A program made the position numbers and the translations under genes. From the human T2T-CHM13v2.0 reference genome, Homo sapiens, in assembly GCF_009914755.1 (NCBI RefSeq), contig NC_060946.1: a stretch of 64,000 bases of DNA; one strand, 5' to 3'. Below the pieces are notes generated by a model that was given only the letters and a program-made list of their open reading frames with translations, was not told where the DNA came from and did no database searches. Below, in pieces: positions 34,940 to 58,857 of this stretch (positions within the stretch are counted from its first letter, which is position 1; each line of letters starts with the position of its first letter).

Positions 34940-35602
34940 TAGAGACAGGGTTTTGCCGTGTTGCCCAGGCTGGTCTTGAACTCTTGAGCTCAGGCTATCC
35001 ACCCGCCTCGGCCTCCCAAACTGCTGGGATTACAGGCTTGAGCCACCACACCTGGCCCATTGTGTTTTATTGTTGGTTTCCTGCTAGGCTTGAAGCTCTG
35101 GCAGCGCAGGGGTGGTGCCTATCTCATTTACCACTAAGTCCCCAGGGTCTACAGGGCTGCGAGAATGAATGATAACAAAGACTGTATCCACACAGCCAAA
35201 GACTTAAAACAAGGGAAGGTAAATCTAAGCAACCACCAGTAGCATGATGAGGGCTGCAGTCAGGGCAGGGACACAAAGGAGAGAGTTGCAGTGCTGCCTG
35301 GGCAGGGGTCTGGGTCAGAAAACAGAAGGTGGCCAGGCGCAGTGGCTCAAGCCTTTAATCCTAGCAGTTTGGGAGGCCAAAGTGGGTGGATCGTTTGAGC
35401 CCAGGAGTTTGAGACCAGCCTGGGCAGCATGGCGAAACCCCATCTCTGCAAAAAATACAAAAAATTTGCTGGGCGTGGTGGATTGCACGTGTAGTCCCAG
35501 CTACTCAGGAGGCTGAGGCGGGAAGATCGCTTGGCCCTGGGAGGCCCAGGCTGCAGTGAGCCATGATCACACCATTGTATTCTAGCCTGGACGACAGAGT
35601 GA

Positions 35603-35863
<261 letters not shown>

Positions 35864-36522
35864 TGACACAGTGAAACCCCGTCTCTACTAAGAATACAAA
35901 AAAAAAAAAAATTAGCCGAGCGTGGTGGCGGGCGCCTTAGTCCCAGCTACTCAGGAGGCTGAGGCAGGAGAATGGCGTGAACCCAGGAGGCGGAGCTTTC
36001 AGTGAACAGAGATCACACCACAGCACTCCAGCCTGGGCAACAGAGCGAGACTCCATCTCGAAAAATAAAATAAGAAAGAAATGGCAGAAAGAAGGAAAGA
36101 AAGGAAGGAAGGAAGGAAGGAAACGTGGAAGAGACATTTCTGTTTCTTTCCTTTTTTTTTTCTTCTCCTGCCCAGCGCTTGGATGTCCCCCTTTCTCTGT
36201 TTATGGAGTTCCTTACTATATAATCTTGGAAGAGCCTGCTTCCCACTCCAGAAGCCAAAAACTCCAGATACCAGCTTGCCCCTGCCCCCAGGCAGCTAGG
36301 CTCAGCCACCCACCACATCACTATGAAGTAAGTCAGACAATACCTACTTCACAAAAGTCACTTTGATGGTTAAATGGAGTTTAAAAAGCATGCAGCTCAG
36401 GCCTGGACATCTACTCGACCCTTAATAGTTGTTGCTCCCTCCTCGACCCTGGGCAGTGGGTGGGAGGGAGAAGAGCACAGGATGGTCAGTGTCTGACTTT
36501 GACCGTTGGACTGCAGACACTA

Positions 36523-36782
<260 letters not shown>

Positions 36783-36785
36783 TTA

Positions 36786-36962
<177 letters not shown>

Positions 36963-37066
36963 TCAAGTGATCCTCCTGCATCAGTCTCCCAAGGATGACA
37001 GCCGTGAGCTGCCATGCCCAGCCAAGGTCCTTTTATCTAAAAATTGAATATGCTGTATTGTAGTCA

Positions 37067-37394
<328 letters not shown>

Positions 37395-37399
37395 TCAAC

Positions 37400-38489
<1,090 letters not shown>

Positions 38490-38906
38490 TAGAACTTTTT
38501 GCAGTAGAAGTTGGCATTGTCCAGGATGTGGAAATCCTACTAATTTATTCCGTTTCACCAGAGGAAATGTATAGTTACCACCAGCAGGCAAAAGAACTTT
38601 TCAGGAACCTGGTGGCCAAACCTGGGCATTGTACATATGGATGTTGAAATCAACAAACATCAGTTGAAAATGTGGGTTGCTCCTGACTAGAGCCTAATAA
38701 TAAATTAGAATGTGCCCAATATAAAAACCGCTTTGAGTAGGAGAGGTTACGGCAAGGGCAAAAAATGTGAAGCAACTTGTACAAAAATGCTGCAAATAGA
38801 TGAGAACAGAAGAAGCTTCCTGAAGTTCTCACAGTGGCAGCACTGATGTTGCTTCAGTCCATCACAAGCAGGCCAAAGCAAGGGGCTGAGAAAAAAGGCA
38901 AAATGC

Positions 38907-40750
<1,844 letters not shown>

Positions 40751-40843
40751 AAAAGCCTGGCCAACATGGTGAAATCCCATCTCTACTAAAAATACAAAAT
40801 TTAGCCAGGCGTGGTGGCACACGTCTGTAATCCCAGCTACTCA

Positions 40844-41059
<216 letters not shown>

Positions 41060-41089
41060 TCACAGTAACTTTGGAAAATAAAGAAGATA

Positions 41090-41205
41090 AAAAGTCTCCG
41101 TTAAGGGAGGGACCATGTTTGTCTTATTCATTGTAACAACCCTTGTACCCAACAAAGTGCTTGGCACATAGGTGCTCAGGATACACATGTTGAGTGAATG
41201 AGTAA
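41090..41205 (+). mobile_element. L2 3' end
   Basis: AAGTGCTTGGCACATAGGTGCTCAG...TGTTGAGTGAATGA. Confidence 0.75.
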
Positions 41206-41712
41206 ATCATAGATGCATCATTGTAATAGCACAAGTTTAAGCATATTGGTGACTTCTTCTCCCTCTCCAAACATTAGGTTTATTTATTGTTTTTAGTGCT
41301 TTTATTCTACTTATAAAAGTAATACATGTTGATTGTAGAAAACTTGGAAAATTAAAAAGCAAACCAAAAAGAAAATGAAAATCACCTGTGTTTCTACCAC
41401 TTACAGAAAAATCCACTATTGATATTTTATGTTTTTCCTTCCAGGTTTTATTCTGGGCATATATATGTTTGGAGGTGTGTGTATGTTTGGGGAACCTTTG
41501 AATTTGGAAGTACCAAGGTGAGGAGAGACTTATGGAATTTAGAAGCTTTGGCAGGAACTAAGCACTGTGTTTCTTAGAATGAGCAGCTCTTTCTACTTGA
41601 AAGGCTGAGGCAGAGGATCGCTTGATCCCAGGGATTTGAAGCTGGCTGCAGTGAGCTATGATCACACCACTACTCTCCAGCCTAGGTGACACAGCAAGAC
41701 TCTGTAAAAAAT

Positions 41713-41827
41713 GAAGAAGAAGAAAGAAGAAGAAGAAGAAGAAGAAGAGGAAGAGGAAGAGGAAGAGGAAGAGGAAGAGGAAGAGGAAGAAGAAGAAGAA
41801 GAAGAAGAAGAAGAAGAAGAAGAAGAA
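41713..41827 (+). repeat. (GAA)4A(GAA)7(GAGGAA)7(GAA)13 purine repeat
   Basis: Counted directly; follows an Alu fragment tail. Confidence 0.95.
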
Positions 41828-41968
41828 CAGGCCATGTGAGGTTGCCACACCTGTAATCCTAGCACATTGGGAGGCTGAGGTGGGAAGATCACTTGAGGTC
41901 AGGAGTTCGAGACCAGTCTGGCCAACATGGTGAAACCCTGTCTCTAATAAAAATACAAAAATTAGTCA

Positions 41969-42103
<135 letters not shown>

Positions 42104-42228
42104 CTATCTCAAAAACAACAACAACAAACAAACAAAAATAGTTCCTTAAGGTGAGAGACAAATTTATCAAATAAAATGTAAAAGCCATGAGTTTAGTAAC
42201 AGCAATTTTTCTGTCATTTTTTCCCTCA

Positions 42229-42963
<735 letters not shown>

Positions 42964-43255
42964 TAGCCAGGATGGTCTCCATCTCCTGACCTCATGATCC
43001 ACCTGCCTCGGCCTCCCAAAGTACTGGGATTACAGGTGTGAGCCACTGCGCCTGGCCAGCTCTCTCTGTTAAAAAAGAAAGTAGGCCAGGCGCAGTGGCT
43101 CACACCTGTAATCCCAGCACTTTAGGAGGCCGAAGCAGGTGGATCAGTTGAGGTCAGGAGTTCGAGACCAGCCTGACCAACATGGTGAAACCCCGTCCCC
43201 ACTAAAAATAAATTAGCAAGGCATGGTGGCACATGCCTGTAATACCAGCTACTCA

Positions 43256-43423
<168 letters not shown>

Positions 43424-44018
43424 TTAATCCTGGGGTCATCTTTTGGGGCAATCTTAGCCATCCTAGCCTTGGGCCTGAAAGGAAGCCAGCATGACTTTGG
43501 AGCATAGTCACTGAATGAATGTCCTTGGGTTGGGAAGCTGAAGCTCTGGGTCTGATATGTGCACTGCTGCTAACTCGCTGTATGACCTCACATGAGGCTC
43601 TTTTCACATGTACCTCTCACAGCTCTATAAGGAACGACCCAGGCCAGAAACCTGCCAAATCCTGTCCAGTACTATGATCTACAAAACGGATCTGCCTCAG
43701 GAAAGCCAGGGAAGGTGGGGCTGGATGGAGTGTGTTCCAGCTGGAACATCTGCTCTGGGCCAGGCACAGTGGGGAAAGCCAAGGTGGATCCACTATGGCC
43801 CTGATCTCATGATTGGGGTGAGTCACATTTTTATGATTAATAAACAATAGCACGTTCAAGTCCCCACTAATTCAAATATTTACTAGGGGTCTATTCTGTG
43901 CCAGGCAAAGGCATATGGATACATAAGATAAATAAGACACAGTCCTTACCCTCAAGGAGTTCGGTGTGGACAGGGATTGATAAAACTGTGAAGTCAAGGA
44001 GACCTTTGTGAAATAGGG

Positions 44019-44599
44019 TGTAGAAAGTAAAAGTTCCTCTTCAAAGTTTCCTTTCTTGTTAAAGAATAAATCACAACTGTTAAAAATAATAGTTTCTTTT
44101 AAAGATTAACTTTATGCTAGACATGCTCACAGGCAGGTAGTACATTCTATGTAGTACTTTAACCAAGGTATCTGTGCTGGACGTGCTCACAGGCATGTCC
44201 CAGCTCGCAGCCTATACCCATTCCTTATTTAGGAATATTATTACTTTTTAAAAATCCTTTCATAAGCAGCTTCCTCTTTTCCTTTGTCTTTCCATTGCTT
44301 TTACCTATTTAGAAAAGTTTAATGTTATTAGCCAATCAGGTTTTAGTTTAAATTTTGAGGTCTGGCTCCAGCCAATGGAGACGGGACACAGTAGCAGGGA
44401 CGAACTGTGTAAGGGATAAAAATTGCTTCCCTCCTTTATTCAGGTGTGCTCTTGCCATTGTTCCATCTGCAGTGAGCACCCTTTCTGCAGAAAGTAAAAA
44501 TTGCCTTGCTGAGAGAATTAAATTTATGTTTGAGTGCTATTTCTTTACAGCATCAGGGAACAAGCATTCTGTTTCTAAATAAACATTTCACATATAACA
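44019..44599 (+). mobile_element. LTR10-family (ERV1/HERV-I) solo LTR
   Basis: TGTAGAAAGTAAAAGTTCCTCTTCAAAG...CATATAACA; perfect 5-bp TSD TAGGG at 44014-44018 and 44600-44604; two CCAAT boxes, GATAAAA TATA-like site, AGTAAA signal. Confidence 0.88.
44119..44200. promoter_or_regulatory. p53-type half-site cluster in LTR10
   Basis: AGACATGCTC (44119-44128) and AGGCATGTCC (44191-44200) fit RRRCWWGYYY. Each has a degenerate partner across a 2-bp spacer. Confidence 0.45.
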
Positions 44600-44674
44600 T
44601 AGGGGAAGTGTAGCTTGGATGGGGGTTGGCTATATCCAGAAGGGCATTTCTGGTAAAGAAAACATCTTGCATAA

Positions 44675-45310
<636 letters not shown>

Positions 45311-45510
45311 TAGAGACCTCTTAATGTCTATTCTTTCTTACTAAATTAGAATAACAGAATTTCAATTTACTTCATTAGGACAGCTGTGTACCTAGCTAGA
45401 AAAACGGTATTTCCCATGGCTCTTTTGCAGCCATAGTTGACCACGTGACTGAGATCTTACCAATGAGGTGTCAACAGAAGGTGCTAGGAGAAGCTTTTGA
45501 ATAAAATCAT

Positions 45511-45545
<35 letters not shown>

Positions 45546-46569
45546 TTATTTTTAGAGATAGAGTCTTGCTCTGTCACCCAGGCTGGAGTGCAGTAGCACT
45601 ATCATAGCTCACTACATCCTTAAACTCCTGGGCCCAGGTGATACTCTGGTCTCGGCCTGCCATGCGTCACCACACTCAGCTAATTTTTAAATTTTTTTTG
45701 TAGAGACAAGAACTTGCTGCGTTGCCCAGGCTGGTCTTGAACTTCTGGCCTCAAGAAGATCCTCCCACCTCGACCTCTCAAAGTGTTGGTATTACAGACG
45801 TGAGCCACTGGGCCCCACTGTGTTCTGTTCTTATTGCCCATGACAATTAAAGTTAGCTCTATCTCATCTCCATGACCATCACAAACACATGCCATTAATT
45901 TTGCTCACCCAAATCTCTATGCTCTGACTTCTGGGCACCTAGTACTGGCTAATGAGCTGTGAGCTGGGCCAGAGCATAGAATAGCTGGTGCGAGACCTTT
46001 TGAGAGTTCTATCTCCCTCTGTCATGGCAACCAGCCATATTCAAAATGGCAACCAGCAATATTCAAAATGAGGGCTACTGCCAGGCATGCTGGCTCATGC
46101 CTGTAATCCCAGCGACTCAGGAGGCCAAGGGTGGGAGGATTGCTTGAGGCCAGGAGTTTGAGACCAGCCTGGGTAACATAGTGAGACTCTGTATCCAAAA
46201 AAAAGAAAAAAAAAAAAGTCTACTTTGGTGTCATCCTGGCTTTTGGAGGGAGGTGATGTGAAACTGCCAGGTGCCATGTAATGGATATATAGTGTGAGGT
46301 AGCAATACACGTTTTTTTTTTTTTTTTTTGGAGACAGAGTCTCTGTTGCCCAGGCTGGAGTGTGGTGGTGCGATCTTGGCTCACTGCAAACTCTGTCCTC
46401 TGGGTTCAAGTGATTCTTCTTCTGCCTCAGCCTCCAGAGTAGCTGGGACTTTAGGTGCGCACCACCACGCCTGGCTAATTTTTGTATTTTTGGTAGAGAT
46501 GGGGTTTTGCCATGTTGACCAGGCTGGTCTCAAATTCCTGTAAGCCACTGCGCCTGGCAGCAGTACACG

Positions 46570-47736
<1,167 letters not shown>

Positions 47737-48162
47737 TAGAGATGGAGTCTCCTATGTTGCCCAGGCTGGGGCTGTTACCTGCAGCATAATCTAGCCTATC
47801 CTGTCTACTAAAGGCACTGAATTTGAGAGACAGTACTGTAATATAATGAGGCCATCTAGATGTTCCAGAATATGTTTACATGGTGTTATTTACATTATTA
47901 AAACAAAAGTTAAAATTATCATAACCAGAATGATATTGTGGTTGTATTGGAAAATGTCCTTATTCTTAGGAGATGTATTTTGAGTGCTTAGGAGTTTTTT
48001 GGTTTGTTTGTTTGTTTGTTTTTGAGACAGAGTCTCGCCCTGTCGCCCAGGCTGGAGTATGGTGGCGTGATCTCGGCTCACTGCAACTTCTGCCTCCTGA
48101 GTTCAAGTGATTCTTGTGCCTCAGCCACCCGTAGCTGAGACTACAGGAGTGCACCACCGTGA

Positions 48163-48405
<243 letters not shown>

Positions 48406-48605
48406 TAGAAGTTAATAATTTGCAATGCCAATGAAAGCTGTACATACTGTTCTTTCCACTTTTCTGTAGGTTTGAAATTTTAGAAAAGAAAACAAAGATT
48501 ATCATAAAGAACTCAGGGGTCCAGGCACGGTGGTTCATGCCTGTAATCCCAGCATTTTGGGAGGCCCAGGTGGGTGGATCACTTGAGGTCAGGTGTTCAA
48601 GATCA

Positions 48606-48830
<225 letters not shown>

Positions 48831-48900
48831 TCAAGGAGCGCCAAGAATATGTCATTAGTTCCGGGTATGAGAAACCACTATGGTCAGTAAGGGACACTGA

Positions 48901-49257
<357 letters not shown>

Positions 49258-49496
49258 TGAAAGATCAGGCTAGGAGCAAGAGAACAACCTGGACCAGTCT
49301 GTGGCAGTGAGCTAGGCAAGAGTGGCATGGGGACAGGAGGGGGCAATGGATCTGGAACACATTTGGGAAGTAGAGTGGACAGGGCTTCCTGAGAGCTTAT
49401 GAGTGGTAGAACTGAGGGTCAATTTCCTTTCTTCAAAGTCTAGCCCTGTGCTACCTAATACAGTGGCCACTGGGCCCACCGGGCTATTTAAATTTA

Positions 49497-49790
<294 letters not shown>

Positions 49791-50202
49791 TCAAAAAATA
49801 AAATAAAAATAAATAAATTAATTAATTAACAACAGGCCAAGTGTTGTGATTCACACCTATAATCCCAGCACTTTGGAAGAGGCTGAGGCAAGAGAATTGC
49901 TTAAGGCCAGGAGTTCAAGATCAGCCTGGGCAATATAGTGAGACCCCATCTATACAAAAAAATTGTTTAAAAATTAGTCAGGCATGGTGGTGCACAGGAG
50001 TCTCAGTTAGTCCCAGCCACTCAGGAGGCTGAGGTGGCAGGATTGCTTGAGCCCAGGAGTTCAAGGCTGCAGTAGCTATGATCATGCCACTGCACTCCAG
50101 CCTGGGTGGCAGAATGAGACCCTGTCTCAAAAATAAGTAAATGAATGAGTGAATGAAGAAGTAAATAAATACTTTAATTAATAACAATTAACATAAAATT
50201 AA

Positions 50203-50964
<762 letters not shown>

Positions 50965-51274
50965 TGGAACATTTCCATCATTGTGGAAGTTCCATTGGAT
51001 CACACTGGTCTATACTTTTCCCATTTCATTATACTGTTTCCCTTGCCCACTCCCTAATGATCGCACACGGAGCCCTGTTCTCTAGAAGCTCACAGACAAC
51101 GAGGGAACCGAAGGTCATTAATACAATGTAGAACTGTGTTGAGATACATTAGAAAGATGTGGAGAGCTTTCTGTGGGAGTTCAGAGGAGGAAACAAGTAT
51201 TTCTGGGAGAAAGTAGCTTTAGTGGAAACTTGCAGATGACAGGAAAGAGAAGAGGGGTGTCGGGGGAGGCATGA

Positions 51275-51668
<394 letters not shown>

Positions 51669-51837
51669 TAAAAACAGTGTCTTGCTTTGTCACCCAGGCT
51701 GGAGTGTAATGGTGCGATCACGGGTTACTGTAGCCTCAAATTCCTGGTCTCAAGTGACCCTCCCACCCCAACCTACGAAGTAGCTGAGACTACAGACACA
51801 CACCACCACATGTGGCTAATTATTTTATTTTTCGTAG

Positions 51838-52445
<608 letters not shown>

Positions 52446-52761
52446 CAACATACCAAGTATCTGGTTATTAACATGTTTCTCAAACATCTCCCCCAGTTAG
52501 AGTCTGGTCTCCCTAAGAGAAGGGACTCCATTTTGGCCACTATGGCATCTCCTGCACCAATAATGGTGCCTAACACATAGGAGATGTTCCATGAGTATTT
52601 GTTGAGTGAATGAAAAAAAGAGGTGGGGTAGTGGTTGTGTCAGCCAAGTGCTACTAAAGCCCAACATCTGGAAAATGGGACTAGCACAATAGATGTTAAA
52701 GACCATTATCCTTCTCATTAATATTTATTAATCCTAAGGGTATTTGGCATATCAACTAAAG

Positions 52762-52916
52762 TTTCTGCCTTAAATAGTTTATATTCTAACGGAGGAAAGA
52801 CTTAAGTGCATTTTGCTCTGTCGTATAGCATGTACTATGTTGGATCATCCCTCTTTAAAGGAAATTGTTTCTTAGTTTATCACTCTGTGATAAGCGTCTT
52901 GAATATAGGAGTCAAA
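52762..52916 (+). repeat. Copy A of a ~155-bp direct duplication
   Basis: Aligns to 53715-53823 plus 54061-54116; identical 25-mer TATAGCATGTACTATGTTGGATCAT. Confidence 0.9.
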
Positions 52917-53090
52917 GTTCAGAACTTGGTTCTATTTCTGACTTCACCACTAATTTGCCATAGGCTCTGGTGAATCCCTTTCCCTCTACCGACCTTGCCT
53001 TCCTCTACTGTGAAATAAAGTGTTGTGATTTGAATTAAGATCTTTGAGATCAACTCTTTGCAGCTGGAAAATGTTACGACTTGCCTAGTG

Positions 53091-53123
53091 TGTTGTTCCT
53101 GTTTCTAGCACTAGGGGGCAATA
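53091..53123 (+). promoter_or_regulatory. Candidate CTCF site, forward orientation
   Basis: TGTTGTTCC-tgttt-CTAGCACTAGGGGGCAATA: core CACTAGGGGGCA plus a degenerate upstream module at 5-bp spacing. Confidence 0.65.
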
Positions 53124-53714
53124 CAAGCAGCACCTTGCAACACATTCTGCTGTTAAAATTCCTGCAGTCAGGTTAGAGTTGATGCAGAAAGATGATTGCT
53201 CTCCGCTTTGGTTCTCCCACCTCTTCTGAAACTGTAAGCTCACAAATTTGAGCCTTCTCCCAGACTAGTGAGAGACAGAAACTTTCATCAAAGGGAACAG
53301 GACTGGCTGGCCCATGAAATCTTGGCTCCATCACTTTTGAGTCTGTTGTGGACTATGTATGTGGTTAGGGAGATGGCATGTGGCTAATACATTGTCTGTG
53401 AGTGACAAATGGACACCCCAAAGGAGGAAAACTGAGGTGTAGACTTAGATTTTGTTCAGAAGAGAAAAACAATTTAGTAACACCATCTTGCTATGATGTT
53501 GGACTGAGATCAGTATGTGGTTGGAAGGTCCATGGAGGCTGTGCATAGACAGCAGGATCCATGGCCATGAACCCTAGGAGACCTGCATTGAAGTCCCAGC
53601 TTGTCCAATAAAGTGCTGTGTGACCCTGGGCAAGTTACTTCCCATATGAGAATCAACCTTCTACCTACACAAGTAGGAGGGACCTATACATAGCCAACAC
53701 ATACCCCGTATACA

Positions 53715-54116
53715 TTCCTACCTTGAAATAAGTTACATTCTAAAAGAGGAAAGACTTATGTGCATTTTGTTGTGTGTTTTATAGCATGTACTATGTTGGA
53801 TCATTACTTCTTTTAAGGAAATTTTTTTTTTTTTTTTGAGATGGAGTCTCGCTAATTCACGCCATTCTCTTGCCTTAGCCTCCCGAGTAGCTGGGACTAC
53901 AGGCGCCCACCACCAAGCCCAGCTAATTTTTTGTATTTTTTTAGTAGAAACAGGGTTTCACTGTGTTAGCCAAGATGGTCTCGATCTCCTGGCCTCGTGA
54001 TCCACCCGCCTCCGCCTCCCAAAGTGCTGGGATTACAGGCGTGAGTCACCACGCCCGGCCGGAAATTATTTCTTAAATTGTCACTTTGTGTTAAGTGTCT
54101 TCAACATGGGAGTCAA
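53715..54116 (+). repeat. Copy B of the ~155-bp direct duplication, interrupted by an internally deleted antisense AluY (53824-54060)
   Basis: GGAAATT duplicated at both ends of the Alu; flanks align to copy A. Confidence 0.88.
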
Positions 54117-54264
54117 GAGACCAGGACAGGTATCTCTTACCAAACGTAGGAGCCTTTCCTACCAAGTCCAGACATAGAAACAGCCTCGGAGTCCTTTTTA
54201 ACATTACAGCTGGTGAGAGTTGGCCCTTGAGGGGAAACCTTTTTGCCATCTCTATTAACCTTAG

Positions 54265-54420
<156 letters not shown>

Positions 54421-55294
54421 TGAGCCCAGGCTGACCTTAGATTATTTCTAAAAATCCTTTCAACACCAGCATTGTATGGTAATGGGGCTTTAATAGCAGA
54501 GACCTCTCTGTTATTGATCAACTTTGGCTGGTTCTGGATGGTTTGGGGTCAATATTTCAATGACTTTGTACATTGGGTAGAGACAGACAAGTTTATTGCT
54601 TTACTTGATTATAATGCTTATCAAGGGTGGAAGAACATGACACTCTAGCCCACTGGTTTAGCAAAAAGGCGTTACTTTTGTGGCGAGGTTGGTAGTCACA
54701 GTTCCAAAGTAATTAAGAGGTAGGAGATCACATACTCAGCTTTGCCCTTGGCCTTTAGAATGTCGCTTGGAATTTTTCAGATCTAATACAGAACGTGGCT
54801 ATTTAAATTTAGGAACAGGACCAGGCGTGGTGACTCACACCTCTAATCCTAGCACTTTGGGAGATGGAGGTGGGCAGATTGCTTGAGCTCAGGCATTCAA
54901 GACCAGTCTGGCCAACATGGCAAAATCCTGTCTCTACTAAAAATACAAAAATTAGCCGGGCATGGTGGCGTGCACCTGTAATCCCAGCTACTCAGGTGGC
55001 TGAGTCAGGAGAATCGCTTCAACCCGGGAGGTGGATGCTGCAGTGAGTGGAGATTGCACCACTGCACTCCAGCCTGGGCAACAGGGTGAGACCCTGTCTC
55101 AAAAAATTAATTAATTAATTAAGGTTCTTATTTAATAAGAACCTTATCAGGTTCAAGTATCAGGTTCTTCTAGGTAAATTTGAAATTAACTCAGATTTCT
55201 TTACTGGAGGATATCACCATCATATGATATCATTACCACTCAGTAAAAAATGGGTGCAAGTAAACATGTCCTAATTAATGTCATGTTATTACTC

Positions 55295-55460
55295 AACTAG
55301 AAGTCAGAAGACCTAGGTTCTAATCTGGTCTCACCCTTTACACGTGAAGTGACTAAACCTCTCAGAGATTCAGTTTCCCTGTCTTTAAAATGGAAATAAT
55401 TATACCTGCCCTATCTATCTCAGGTTGTGAGGGTCAAATGAGATTATATAATACACTATA
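55295..55460 (+). mobile_element. MIR
   Basis: AGTCAGAAGACCTAGGTTCTAATC...CAGTTTCCCTGTCTTTAAAATGG...GGTTGTGAGGGTCAAATGAGA. Confidence 0.8.
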
Positions 55461-55496
55461 CAACTCCAAAGAAAAATGATACATATTTATTTTTTA

Positions 55497-55580
55497 ACAG
55501 ATGGGGTGTCACTATATTGCCCAGGCTGGAATGTAGTGGCTATTCACTGGCATGATCATAGTGCGCCGTACCCTCTAACT
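55497..55580 (-). mobile_element. FAM fragment
   Basis: GTGGCTATTCACTGGCATGATCATAGTGC, a 7SL-like segment. Confidence 0.7.
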
Positions 55581-55794
55581 GCTTTCTGCTGTTTTCTGAT
55601 ATGAGCTTGAATCAGTGTGGTCAATTGGAGAGGGGCCTTCAGGTTGGGCTGTGGGTGAGTCACTGAGTGGAAATAAATCCTGATGGTGGCAAATACGGAG
55701 TGTTGGTTTAATTGTCCAAAAAAACAAAGTGTATGCTCCTGACCCAGAAACTTTATTTTAAAAGTTAATTTTTTATAAATGAAATATTTATTAG

Positions 55795-56025
<231 letters not shown>

Positions 56026-56028
56026 TAA

Positions 56029-58385
<2,357 letters not shown>

Positions 58386-58593
58386 ACTATTTTTTTGGTA
58401 TCATCTCTTTTTTAAAATAAAAAAATTTGAAATACCAAAAGATATATAGGACAACACAACAAACATTTTTGTTCCCACCACGTGACTTAAGAAATAGGCC
58501 AGGCACAGTGGTGGCTCACGCCTGTAATCCCAGCACTTTGGGAGGCCGAGGTGGGCGGATCACGAGGTCAGGAGATGGAGACCACCCTGGCTA

Positions 58594-58857
<264 letters not shown>

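Noticed and set aside
38490-38905. Coding-looking unique stretch after LTR16
   Set aside because: Stops in all + frames and no recognisable protein or ERV internal motif; a BLASTX/Dfam search would be needed
55497-55580. 7SL RNA-like sequence
   Set aside because: Better explained as a FAM monomer; the S domain is absent
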